From an uncultured Nitrososphaerota archaeon (GTDB lineage Archaea; Thermoproteota; Nitrososphaeria; Nitrososphaerales; CADDZS01), in NCBI GenBank assembly GCA_963799845.1, contig CAWCYI010000004.1, positions 2,048,001-2,112,000 of the forward strand: a DNA stretch of 64,000 bases, read 5' to 3'. Positions 31,393 to 40,902 of the stretch are shown one piece after another (positions within the stretch are counted from its first letter, which is position 1; each line of letters begins with the position of its first letter). The notes beneath the pieces are model-generated. The model ran no database searches. It saw nothing but the letters and a program-made list of their open reading frames with translations, and was not told the DNA's origin. The translations under genes and the position numbers were made by a program.

Positions 31393-32277
31393 TTTCAAAA
31401 GTTGACGACGATTGAGTGTTAGAAGATCGCGGGGTCAGGAAGTTCGTTGGTTCTAGGCAGTAGAAAACAAAATCTTATCCCCGAGTGCCGAGTTGATTAA
31501 AGACAAGTCTAGTATTTGGTCATCATCTTACTATCTTTAAGACAAGTTACACTTTTTGAAATAGTTCCAGACCAGTCTCAAATAGAGAATCAAAACTAAA
31601 CCTTGTTGCTAAAATTTAACAGAAAGTTGTGATCTTGACTAGACTGACGCGAACCTATTGAAATGGGCTTTTCAACCAAGAAAGCGTCTCTTTCAGAGAA
31701 GCAGCTTTTCGCTCGATGAGAATTAACTTCTCAAATGTAGTTTTTTCTGTAGCAAGACCTCGTTCAGAGATTATCGTCACTACGAAGCCTTAGTCGCGAA
31801 ATATTGCTAGATTCTGAGATAATCTCGTTTAGGAGACGAATGATCGACTTTACGCCGTATTCATCAAGCTCCGAACGATCGTTGTACCGCTCGAATATTT
31901 TTTCTGGTCTCCTCGATTTTTGCGAAAAGAGGAGCCAAATCGGATTCGGGATGAACTCTATCGCTGGTTATAGCTTCTTCTGCCAAAATTTCGATTTCAG
32001 GGAGAAACTTTCTAACCGCTTCTTTCTTCATCTGTCCAGACATATGAAGCAGTTCTCCTCAGCATTTTGAATAAGATCCATCCATTTAATCTCTCCTCAA
32101 CTTTGTTCTCTGATGGGATTGTTGTAGATCTACAGGCGACCAATGGGACGAGCGCGACATCCTTCATTTTTCGGTTGTTTAGTTCGGCAGAGACTGCAAC
32201 TCCTACCTGATTGCTGATCAAGTGATCGAACAAATGAACAATATCAGAATTTTATATCTTTTTTCAAAGGGATAAAA

Positions 32278-32871
32278 TCACTGTGCGGTTACTGAACCAG
32301 AGTCAGACTGTCCGTTTGAGAAAATGATAACATAATTGAAGGCTCGACCAGCTATGACCCGTTGTTGGTTGACTGACTCTGGATAATAGGTGAAGGAAGT
32401 CCTTGTGCTGCCCATCACCGCGACGTTGCTATTTGGGTGAGTTGAACCAAAAAAGACAATCTGGTTCTTGGCTGAAGAAGGTTGGGTTGTATTATCCCAG
32501 TTGGTGAATGACACGTTATTTCCGCTTTACGAGAGAGTCAGAGCGGTGGTGTACGTGGGCGAACCAGGGTTGTTCAGAGTAAATTGGAGGCGTGATGTTG
32601 CCGCCAACGATGCGGTTGCCGACTCACCTGCGTGAAGAGTTAGGGTGGAAAGCGACATAGTCTCAACACTGTGACTTCCAATGCAATCGGAAAAGGGAGC
32701 CGAGCATCCGTATTGCTGCTGAAGATAGGATTCATACGCGGTATGAGTCGAACATCCTAAATTATCGCACTCTTGCCAGGTGCTGAAAGCGACCACTGGT
32801 ACATTTAGTCCGATGAAAAGAATCAGAAAGAAAAGTAAGATTGAAAGTGTAATCTTGATCCTTATTCTCAT
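32278..32871 (-). CDS. Membrane-anchored protein with pilin-like C-terminal domain (frameshifted)
   Basis: 'FTLNNPG' and 'FSNGQSDSGSVTAQ'; paralog of 32982 and 39003. Confidence 0.65.
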
Positions 32872-32981
32872 GTCATTGTAGTGAATTCGTTTGTCTCGAA
32901 TAATCCGTTTTCGATTTCATGATTCAGATTTGTGCTCCTAAAGACCAAAACATCAGTGGGCGACAAAAATACTTCAAAGGC

Positions 32982-33528
32982 ATGAGGGACCAAACAAAAA
33001 CTTCACTGATCTTCAGTCTGGGTCTGATTATGATAGCGAGTTCTGCAAGCTTCGTGTATTTTACGCAACCATGCTCTTTTCCTAACATTTGCAGCGGCCA
33101 CGTCAACACCGTGACACTTGCGTCAGCCACGCTTTACGCTGGATCTACGAGCTTCCAATCGAATCGAGGGAAGGCAAGACTTCATGTTCACGCTCAATAA
33201 CCCAGGTGCCGAAACTTACATTTCATCCCTATCTATGTGGCAGGATAATCAGACGATTTATTATGGAAATTCTACTAGCGTGATAGCAACAATTACTCCC
33301 GAAAATAGCATCCAGATATCTGCTTGGAAACTCCGTGGAAATCAAACTAACGAAGTTAATTTCTCGATTCATTCACTAGTGAATTCAATCTCTTCAGGAA
33401 TGGTGACTTCATTCAGCTTCTATCCCGATACCTCAACTCCAATGAATTTCACAAAAGACGAGGTTTGGAATTATTCGATTCAATGCACCAACGGGCAGTC
33501 AGTTTCAGGATCACTCATTGCTCAGTAA
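32982..33528 (+). CDS. Membrane-anchored protein with pilin-like C-terminal domain (frameshifted)
   Basis: 'FTLNNPG' and 'NGQSVSGSLIAQ'. Confidence 0.65.
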
Positions 33529-33608
33529 GCTGTAGGCTAGCTGAATTGAGTATGCAGCTGTTCTGATGACTAGAAACCATATAGGATGAATTTTTCGACA
33601 TAACATAG

Positions 33609-34208
33609 ATGAAAGGTACAACAGTTCTTTCATTAGTAGGAGTCGCAGTCGTCATGCTTGTTATAGGAACAGCTCTGGGATCAGTCGCTTTCCCAGTGAC
33701 CAAGACTGAGACAACTACACGACTGTCCTCTGTAACACTAACTCAAACTGAAACATTGACTCAATCATCGAACACAACAATTTCTTCAACACCCTCCAAT
33801 ACCAAGACCTTATCATCCTCCTCTGGCACCGAGACGATCAACACGTGTGGCTCACAGATCGCGCTGAACGGTACTCAATACTGTTCTTTAGACGTAACAA
33901 ACATTACGAGCATAGGCGTCCCAGGTTGGGCGACCATGAATCGATCTGTGGACTTCATGGGAGTGAATTTCAAGACTGTCTGTCAGGACAACGCAGGGAA
34001 CTGTGGTTCCCAAAACGAAACCATGTTCATAGGCTTGGTTGTCTTTAACCTATCATTCAGTGATGGCTCCAACGAAAATGTCACTGCCTCGGCGACGTGC
34101 GCTGGAAGTCACTACTTTTTGTCGAAACATCAAAATCCCATCGCAGGCTTTCGCTTAGTCTGCTTCCAAGCGACCAGCCAGGTGTATCTGCTGGTTCAAG
34201 GTACGTAA
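33609..34208 (+). CDS. Surface protein with MKGTTVLSLVG leader
   Basis: Leader family; Cys-rich ectodomain. Confidence 0.8.
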   Translation: MKGTTVLSLVGVAVVMLVIGTALGSVAFPVTKTETTTRLSSVTLTQTETLTQSSNTTISSTPSNTKTLSSSSGTETINTCGSQIALNGTQYCSLDVTNITSIGVPGWATMNRSVDFMGVNFKTVCQDNAGNCGSQNETMFIGLVVFNLSFSDGSNENVTASATCAGSHYFLSKHQNPIAGFRLVCFQATSQVYLLVQGT

Positions 34209-34237
34209 TCGTTGACAAGAAAATGATCTAGATTAGT

Positions 34238-34543
34238 TTGAGAAAAAGCAAAGTACTGTACGGGGTTTATCTTTTGGCGTTCTTTGTCTTGTTTGTGCCA
34301 ATCGTGCCAATAGTGCCTATGAGCGTTCCTAACTTCTTAGTATATGGAATTAGAGCTGAGTGCGCAGGGGGTCTTAATGCAGTAGCTACCAGCTGGATTG
34401 TCGGATCGATCTCTTATCGTTTAACTTACCGCCCTGGCATGAGTGGGGTTTCTCATTCTTGGGGAATGATCTACGTTCCCATGTGGTCATCGTTCTATTT
34501 TCTCCCTTACGAGTATTCAACAAAGAGTATAACTTGTCATTGA
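34238..34543 (+). CDS. Small membrane protein
   Basis: N-terminal TM helix. Confidence 0.55.
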   Translation: MRKSKVLYGVYLLAFFVLFVPIVPIVPMSVPNFLVYGIRAECAGGLNAVATSWIVGSISYRLTYRPGMSGVSHSWGMIYVPMWSSFYFLPYEYSTKSITCH

Positions 34544-34600
34544 ATTACATCGAGTAGTCGGAACCTTTTAGGATTTTCAAGTGCATTTCACTGTTGACTG

Positions 34601-34649
34601 AGTTTTATCAGTAAGAAATTTCGTTTTCAAATTGCCAAAGACTTGACAG
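34601..34649 (+). repeat. About 45-bp intergenic repeat, copy 1
   Basis: AAGAAATTTCGTTTTCAAATTGCCAAAGACTTGACAG; other copies at about 36431-36478 and 37027-37070. Confidence 0.7.
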
Positions 34650-34902
34650 ACCTCGAAATAAGACCGAGAAGGGAGTTGAGGCGAGCTTAGTTAACCTTGC
34701 GCAGCAAAACTGGTCTCATGGTGGGAACTATCTAGCTCTCTCTGGGAATTCTAGCTGTTATTGCAACAGTTTCTCTTCCCTCTTTGTGATCGACTAAGAA
34801 TCTAGAGCCACTAGGTGGTTATTGTCTGTTCTGACTAGTAGAACATCCCTACGAAAGTCTAGTTTCAAATAATCTCTGCCTAAATCACTATCGGAAATTT
34901 TT

Positions 34903-36378
34903 GTGATCGTGGGGCGTACCGTAAGGAAACTGCACTCTTACTTACATTCATTTCCAAATTATCTTGGGCCAATCATTTTCGTCTCAACGCTTTCAATCTA
35001 TCTTGCCACTCTAAACGGCGTGTGGGCGACAGACCATTCTACAGCGATAGTAGAGTTCCAGTATTCGCTTTGGGCAAACCATTCCTTCATTCTTGGGAAG
35101 GTCGGTTCCTTTAACCCAGCGAGTGTGGACGTTTTCCAGTATAAGGGAAACTACTACATGGCGAACGCCCCTGGAGTTGCTTTCTTCACTCTGCCGTTTG
35201 CTATCTTGGCATTCATTTTGAACGGACACTTTACAGTCTATGGAAATGTCCTGCTGCTAACCGAAGTTCCTATCGCGCTTGCAAATTCCGTGGCAGCTTA
35301 CTTGGTCTTCAGAATAAGCAATTTCTATTTCAAGAAAGACGTTTCTGCCTTTCTCGCATTTTGTTACGCATTCTCCACCATAAGCTGGCCGTTTGCAACG
35401 TATCTGTTCCAGAGCGACGTTTCTGCCCTATTCGATCTTGTCGCGATGTACCTTTCGATCAAGATTAATCGCTCTAGCAATCGTCCAGAAGAAAATGGTG
35501 TTAACTATGTCTCGCACAATTTCGTTTTGCCGTTTCTCTGCGGACTTGCGATCGCCTGCGGTACTGTTGTCGACTATGTCAACGCAATCTTGATACCAAT
35601 AGTCGGGTTGTATCTATTAGGCGTCTTGAGGAAGAAAAAGCGGATCGCTGTTTTGAAATCTTTCTTGGGATTTCTCTCAGGCTCAGTATTGGTTACTTTC
35701 TCGCTGCTTGGGCTGTTCAACTATCTGAGTTTTGGGAAAGTACTGACAAGTTCCGAGCAGCTCTTTTTACATAGTTCAACAATTTTTGGAAATTTCAGTT
35801 TCCCAGTCGATATGGGCATTATCTTGAACCTATTTACTCCAATGCGCGGGCTATTCTTCTATTCACCGATACTTATCCTCGGAGTCTGGGGGATGTGGAA
35901 AATGTTGAGGAATCCAGAACTTGACAGTGAAGCTTTCCTTTTTCTCGCGATCTTCCTGGGAATCTTGGGACTCTATTCAGCCTGGTACGACCCCACTGGA
36001 GGACTCTCGTTCGGCCCTCGGCTGATAATTTCCTCGATCCCATTCCTTCTCATTCCGTCTGGATTCGTGATTTCAGGAGCGAAAGGAAAATACTCGTACA
36101 CTTTTGTATATCTTCTATACGCAATCGGAATTGTAACGAGCGGAGTCGCGGCCTTTGTAGGAGTACTAGTTCCGCCAAGCAACGATTGGCTCACCTCGCC
36201 CTTCTTAACGACGACAATTCCGAGCTTTGTCTCCGATAATCTCGATACGTGGTGGAAATATTGTGTCGGCGATCTCTGGATGATAGTTGCAGCGTTCATC
36301 TTGGGATCTGCGCTCTTTCTCCCAATGATCGTAGGCTACCTACTAGACAACGTTAGTACTTCAACGGAAAAAGTCTAA
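34903..36378 (+). CDS. Multi-pass membrane glycosyltransferase (GT-C fold-like)
   Basis: About 11 TM helices, 'YYMANAPG', 'RGLFFYSP', 'GGLSFGPRLI'. Confidence 0.7.
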   Translation: MIVGRTVRKLHSYLHSFPNYLGPIIFVSTLSIYLATLNGVWATDHSTAIVEFQYSLWANHSFILGKVGSFNPASVDVFQYKGNYYMANAPGVAFFTLPFAILAFILNGHFTVYGNVLLLTEVPIALANSVAAYLVFRISNFYFKKDVSAFLAFCYAFSTISWPFATYLFQSDVSALFDLVAMYLSIKINRSSNRPEENGVNYVSHNFVLPFLCGLAIACGTVVDYVNAILIPIVGLYLLGVLRKKKRIAVLKSFLGFLSGSVLVTFSLLGLFNYLSFGKVLTSSEQLFLHSSTIFGNFSFPVDMGIILNLFTPMRGLFFYSPILILGVWGMWKMLRNPELDSEAFLFLAIFLGILGLYSAWYDPTGGLSFGPRLIISSIPFLLIPSGFVISGAKGKYSYTFVYLLYAIGIVTSGVAAFVGVLVPPSNDWLTSPFLTTTIPSFVSDNLDTWWKYCVGDLWMIVAAFILGSALFLPMIVGYLLDNVSTSTEKV

Positions 36379-36430
36379 CGGAACGGACATCAGTGGTCAC
36401 GCAACGTGTCACAAGAGTTGGCGATCACCT

Positions 36431-36478
36431 GCTTTTGCAGGCAAGAATTTCCGTTTCAAATTACCGAAGACTTGACAG
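36431..36478 (+). repeat. About 45-bp intergenic repeat, copy 2
   Basis: AAGAATTTCCGTTTCAAATTACCGAAGACTTGACAG. Confidence 0.7.
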
Positions 36479-36551
36479 CATCCTAATTCTAGTCCTAGTT
36501 TGATACGATACAAATGTTTTCGGCCAATTAACTAGACGGACGCGAAACAAT

Positions 36552-36845
36552 TTACTCTGAAGTTTGATACCGAGATTCGATCTTGTCGAACCAAGGAATT
36601 ATCGCTTCCATTGCATGAATGAAGGCGTAAAGACCGCCAGAAATTCCGACAGCCAAGAGGATCATGTAAGCCCAAGAAAGAATAGGAGTGAAGAAAGTTG
36701 CAGGATAGAAGCAGGCAAAACATCCGTTGCTACTTGTTAATGCAAAGCCAAAACCACTGAGGCCTGATGCAACCCAACCAAATAGTCCAAAAAATAAAGC
36801 CCAAAACAAAATTAGAGCTATGGATATTTTATTGCGGTACTTCAT
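36552..36845 (-). CDS. Small 2-TM protein with CxxC loop
   Basis: Two TM helices flanking 'CFAC'. Confidence 0.6.
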   Translation of the reverse strand: MKYRNKISIALILFWALFFGLFGWVASGLSGFGFALTSSNGCFACFYPATFFTPILSWAYMILLAVGISGGLYAFIHAMEAIIPWFDKIESRYQTSE

Positions 36846-37026
36846 GTTAGTGGATATATTTCAACATGGCATGATTTAGGCTTTCTCCACTGAAGCGTTC
36901 TGGATTAGTATGATCAACTTGTTTGAACCCTCAACGATTATTCCCATAGCTCCAGTCAGGCTTGACTCTCTATCCTACGTGTTAAAGGATGGTATTGTGA
37001 CGAAATCTGTGAAAGATTCAACACCG

Positions 37027-37070
37027 ACTTTTCACAGCAAAAGAAATTTCGTTTCAAATTACCGATGACC
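37027..37070 (+). repeat. About 45-bp intergenic repeat, copy 3
   Basis: AAGAAATTTCGTTTCAAATTACCGATGAC. Confidence 0.65.
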
Positions 37071-37138
37071 TTCGGGGTGTAACGCTGTTCTGAAGACTAG
37101 AACCTTATAGGACGCCTTCGGGTAAAAATCAAGATTAG

Positions 37139-37744
37139 ATGAAAGACTCCACGATTCTGTCATTAGTTGGAGTGGCAGTCATCATGCTTGTCATAGGAAC
37201 GGGTCTGGGTTCAGTCGCTTTCCCAACGACCAGAACTGAAACTAGTACGGAAACAATCACCAGCCCGATAACTCTAATTTCGTCTGTAACACTAAACGAA
37301 ATCCAGACAGTAACTCAAAATTTATCCAGCCAATCTCACACCGCTACCACCGTTACAAGTACAATGATGGCGGTTGGAACATGCACAGTTGCAACTGCAT
37401 TTGAAGGGACTCGAAACCAAAGCTCGAGCAGCTACTATGTCCAAGTCAATTACGCTGGACAGTGGAACTCAGCGATCCAGGGCTTCTCTTCATTCAACGA
37501 AAGTCTTGATACTCTCACAGTGAATCAGTGCTTACCTAGTGGTGGAAACGTTACATTCGCCATTCAGAACTGGAATCCAGGCGGAGAATCATACCTATGC
37601 GCTTGGGCGGACAAATTCGACTCCAGCAACGGAACTCTGACGGTCTCGGTCAGCTATGGAGCTGCAACATATTCATACAGCACTAGTGAGCCTTATGGCA
37701 GCGTGACAACCTGTCTTGGCGTCACACCTACAATCTCCGCGTGA
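37139..37744 (+). CDS. Surface protein: MKDSTILSLVG leader and 'VNYAGQW' domain
   Basis: Leader family; domain related to 21749. Confidence 0.8.
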   Translation: MKDSTILSLVGVAVIMLVIGTGLGSVAFPTTRTETSTETITSPITLISSVTLNEIQTVTQNLSSQSHTATTVTSTMMAVGTCTVATAFEGTRNQSSSSYYVQVNYAGQWNSAIQGFSSFNESLDTLTVNQCLPSGGNVTFAIQNWNPGGESYLCAWADKFDSSNGTLTVSVSYGAATYSYSTSEPYGSVTTCLGVTPTISA

Positions 37745-37910
37745 AAAATCTTCCAATTACGTGAAGTTAAAAACTGCCTTTCAATGTGTTCTGGGAATCG
37801 GTTCAACAACTTCGTCGGAATTCCTCCCCGATTACTTCCATCGGATCTCAATGTTTGGTTTTGATTTCTCGGTTAGGATACCGCCTTAACTCATATTCTG
37901 ATGGTTAGAA

Positions 37911-38417
37911 CTAGGCGGAAGGCAGTTCCTCCGTTTGCGGGAGCATCTTGCTTTCCTTTCCCGAGTACAAGATTAGTAGAGTCAAACCTACAATGACGAG
38001 CGAGAGGCCATAGAATATATCCAACCAAACATCATTGAAATAAAAAATGGATGGACATCCATACATTACAGAACACGCGTAAATTGGTTGAAACCAGAGC
38101 AGCGCAATGGAGCCGAATATGCTAACTACGACACCCGAGATAACAAGTGATTTCCCCGAAATTTTCTTGTTCCAAAGTGAGTGGTCGTCGTCCTCACGAG
38201 AATTACTCTTCGCGATGGGATAAGCTAGGAAAACAAAGACGCTCCCAAATAACAACCAGCAAAAGCTGAAGAATGATGTGCTGCAGGAAAAAAGATCGCC
38301 GTAACAGAACTCACCACTATTGAGAATGGGATATTGAATAGCTCCGATGAAAATTAGCGAAGATCCAGATACGAAAGCGAGAGCTGCCAAGAAATATACA
38401 AGAAAATTCGGATGCAA
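37911..38417 (-). CDS. 4-TM protein with internal TM-Cys-loop-TM duplication
   Basis: Two similar hairpin halves. Confidence 0.65.
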   Translation of the reverse strand: MHPNFLVYFLAALAFVSGSSLIFIGAIQYPILNSGEFCYGDLFSCSTSFFSFCWLLFGSVFVFLAYPIAKSNSREDDDHSLWNKKISGKSLVISGVVVSIFGSIALLWFQPIYACSVMYGCPSIFYFNDVWLDIFYGLSLVIVGLTLLILYSGKESKMLPQTEELPSA

Positions 38418-39002
38418 ACTGGGGCTCTGGTGGAACTAGAAAAAGGAGCTATTTTAGAATGTTGAAGTCTGGAAATGGAATCAGACATTCAACCTGATTT
38501 AGCTACACATAACATGATCTCTTCTTGGCGTCATTACAGATCCGCAGGACGCTCCGATTGCCTATGAGAAAGTAGACATCGTTAGGCTTCCTGTATATTC
38601 AGACGTTCAAAATATTTCGAACTATGACTTGGGCTGCGGGTACGAAGGAGCTGAATTCGTTCTATTACTGTATCGCTGCATAGGAGCTACGAGAGTTGTT
38701 GACTTGTAATATGTTGAGCGAAGTTTCACCATTTTCGGGATTAAATTTGGAAGCTAATGGGAATGCTGGCCTCTGTCGGTATAATTCTGAAAATACTGAG
38801 AGAGGCCAAAGTCTTTCCTAAAAATAACTCTCCAATCCAGACCTACACGTCGCAGATAGGTGAGAACGCGACGGCCAGCAAACGAAAGATCATCGCACTT
38901 CCGTTCGACACGTGGAATGATCGCGAATATCCTTGAGATTGCGGGCCGCGCCCTGGACGAGATTAAACGAAGAAGCTCGGCGGAAAGGGAAAAAAACTTG
39001 CG

Positions 39003-39578
39003 CTAAATTGCTATGAGACTTCCAGAGACGGATTGACCATTCGCAAAATTTGCGACGTAGTTGTAAACTTCTCCTGATATGATGGACTGCGTTGATCCTG
39101 ATAGATTCGCGGGGTAGAAGGTAACTGCTGTCACATTTGCTGCGGATAGAAGATTGTTGGTGGGGCGACCCGAGCTGAAGTCTATCAAGTTTCTGTACGA
39201 CGAAGGATTCGAGCTATTGTCCCAGGCCGTTATAGATGATGAAAGAGACGAGCCTGTTAGAGTCAGGGAATTTACGTACGTATTTTCCGTGCATGAAGGG
39301 TTATTGAATGCTATTTCGAATCGGGACGTCGAAGACGAAGAATTTGTGGCAATATGGCCAGCATACAGATACGCTGACGAGAGAGTGACCGTCTTTACGT
39401 TGGACCCGAAAGAACAAAAAGTGTAAGGGAATCCACACGGAAATTGATAGGTCATGTAAGACTGGTATTCTGTGTGACAATAGGCATCTGTGTAAGGAAT
39501 GATCGGGACGTTCACAATGATTACGACCAAAATGAATGTTAGAATAAGTGACAGACCAATTTTACTTTTCTTGCGCAT
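39003..39578 (-). CDS. Membrane-anchored protein with pilin-like C-terminal domain
   Basis: 'YNYVANFANGQSVSGSLIAI'. Confidence 0.75.
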   Translation of the reverse strand: MRKKSKIGLSLILTFILVVIIVNVPIIPYTDAYCHTEYQSYMTYQFPCGFPYTFCSFGSNVKTVTLSSAYLYAGHIATNSSSSTSRFEIAFNNPSCTENTYVNSLTLTGSSLSSSITAWDNSSNPSSYRNLIDFSSGRPTNNLLSAANVTAVTFYPANLSGSTQSIISGEVYNYVANFANGQSVSGSLIAI

Positions 39579-39868
39579 TTCACTTGTAAGATCTCAGAAC
39601 CCAACTTTTCGAGTTTTAGGATTCGATGTACGGATCAGTCACACCATCAAAAGCGATCGCAACTCAGTGATCTGTAAATCGGACTCGACAAGTTGCGAAT
39701 ACTAGATCCAAATTTCGCCGTTCCTGAATAAGAGACTGGCACGTTCGTCCCCGATGACCCAAGATCAATTGTTAGGAGCACCTCTGGCCTTGGAAAGGGG
39801 AAAGCCCATAGGCTTCAGCCAAGGGTAATTTACGTTTTAGTACTAGTTCCACGTATTATAGGGGTTCA

Positions 39869-40294
39869 ATGCCGCAGCCCCGACACCACTACACCGAGCG
39901 CGGTCCCGAGAGCGATGATTCGGGGATGATGCTACGAGGCTCTTATCCCAGAAGGAATGGTGCGGCTTTGGAGAGGGCCAAGCCAAGAATCAACGCCTTC
40001 ACCGATCAGCAGAGGCAAAGGCATCTTCTCGACCCTGACGAGCTGAACGAGATGGACGAGATCCAGCCAGCCAGATATTCTCAGTTCAGCACCGACAACG
40101 ATTTCATTTGGGTTAGAGAGACACCGCACTACTTTGTCTACTCGGAACGCTGGATCGAGAACCGCTTGCTGGACGACCGAATCATCCAGGTCGCGATGCC
40201 GCTGCGTATGAAAGTCATAGGCGAGGCTCTGGGCCTAGCCCTTCAAGACTTTCACTATGAGAACGGGATCATGTGGGCGATTTTCAAGAAATGA
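39869..40294 (+). CDS. Hypothetical protein with HY tag (MPQPRHHYTER)
   Basis: First backbone gene after the island; tag present. Confidence 0.75.
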   Translation: MPQPRHHYTERGPESDDSGMMLRGSYPRRNGAALERAKPRINAFTDQQRQRHLLDPDELNEMDEIQPARYSQFSTDNDFIWVRETPHYFVYSERWIENRLLDDRIIQVAMPLRMKVIGEALGLALQDFHYENGIMWAIFKK

Positions 40295-40295
40295 T

Positions 40296-40880
40296 CTAAA
40301 CTAGGTGGACTGAGAGACTGATGAGAACAATTCCCGCGAGGACCGCCAGCGCGTTGACGACCTGATTATCGTACTTGTATTGCGCCCAATGGTAGCGGGC
40401 ATTGTGCAGCCCTGATTTTCCTCGAATAGTCCTCACGATGTAGATACCGCCTTCTGTCAGTATGTCCAAGAAAAGGTGGGAATAAGCGAGGCAGATTCCG
40501 AAAAGGATACTGAAATAGACCAGGTGGTTCTCTGGGGAGAAAAACGTGATTATGTACGTCGCGATCACGGCGAAGCCGATGCCCCAAAGCGGCGCAGTGT
40601 AGATCGAGTGGGTCCGAGCCATGCGAATAGGGATCGCCCCTTTGTACGGCGGCCTGTGTCCAACGAGATCTATGACCTGATTTATCGCCCAGGCGAGAAA
40701 ACCAGCCCATAGGACGAGCCCCTCAATAGAATTGCCGTCGATTGTGTACTCCCATTTGAGCTGCGTGAAGGAAAGATAGTGGGCGAGGATCGGACTGAGG
40801 TAAGGAATTCCGTAAGGGAAATGCGAGACTAGAAAGAACGCAACTCCCAGAGTGAAAACTGTGTGCGGTGCTAGGTTCAT
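40296..40880 (-). CDS. Membrane-bound metal-dependent hydrolase (YdjM/DUF1286-like)
   Basis: 'HTVF', 'DLVGH', 'RTHS', 'SHLFLDILTEGG' motifs in a multi-TM protein. Confidence 0.75.
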   Translation of the reverse strand: MNLAPHTVFTLGVAFFLVSHFPYGIPYLSPILAHYLSFTQLKWEYTIDGNSIEGLVLWAGFLAWAINQVIDLVGHRPPYKGAIPIRMARTHSIYTAPLWGIGFAVIATYIITFFSPENHLVYFSILFGICLAYSHLFLDILTEGGIYIVRTIRGKSGLHNARYHWAQYKYDNQVVNALAVLAGIVLISLSVHLV

Positions 40881-40902
40881 CTTGCAAGACAAAGCAAGAG
40901 AT

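Larger units (their letters stand above)
16940..39850. other. Island of about 25 membrane-anchored Thr/Ser/Cys-rich surface-protein genes
   Basis: N-terminal TM or signal peptides, shared domains, no HY tags, longer AT-rich spacers. Confidence 0.8.

Noticed and set aside
31600-32240. Possible decayed transposase on the minus strand
   Set aside because: Only a vague 'PEKIFERYNDR' resemblance amid several stops; no terminal inverted repeats or catalytic motif can be supported.
34601-37070. Intergenic repeats as a CRISPR array
   Set aside because: Copies are 0.6-1.8 kb apart, degenerate and separated by genes; no cas genes are visible.
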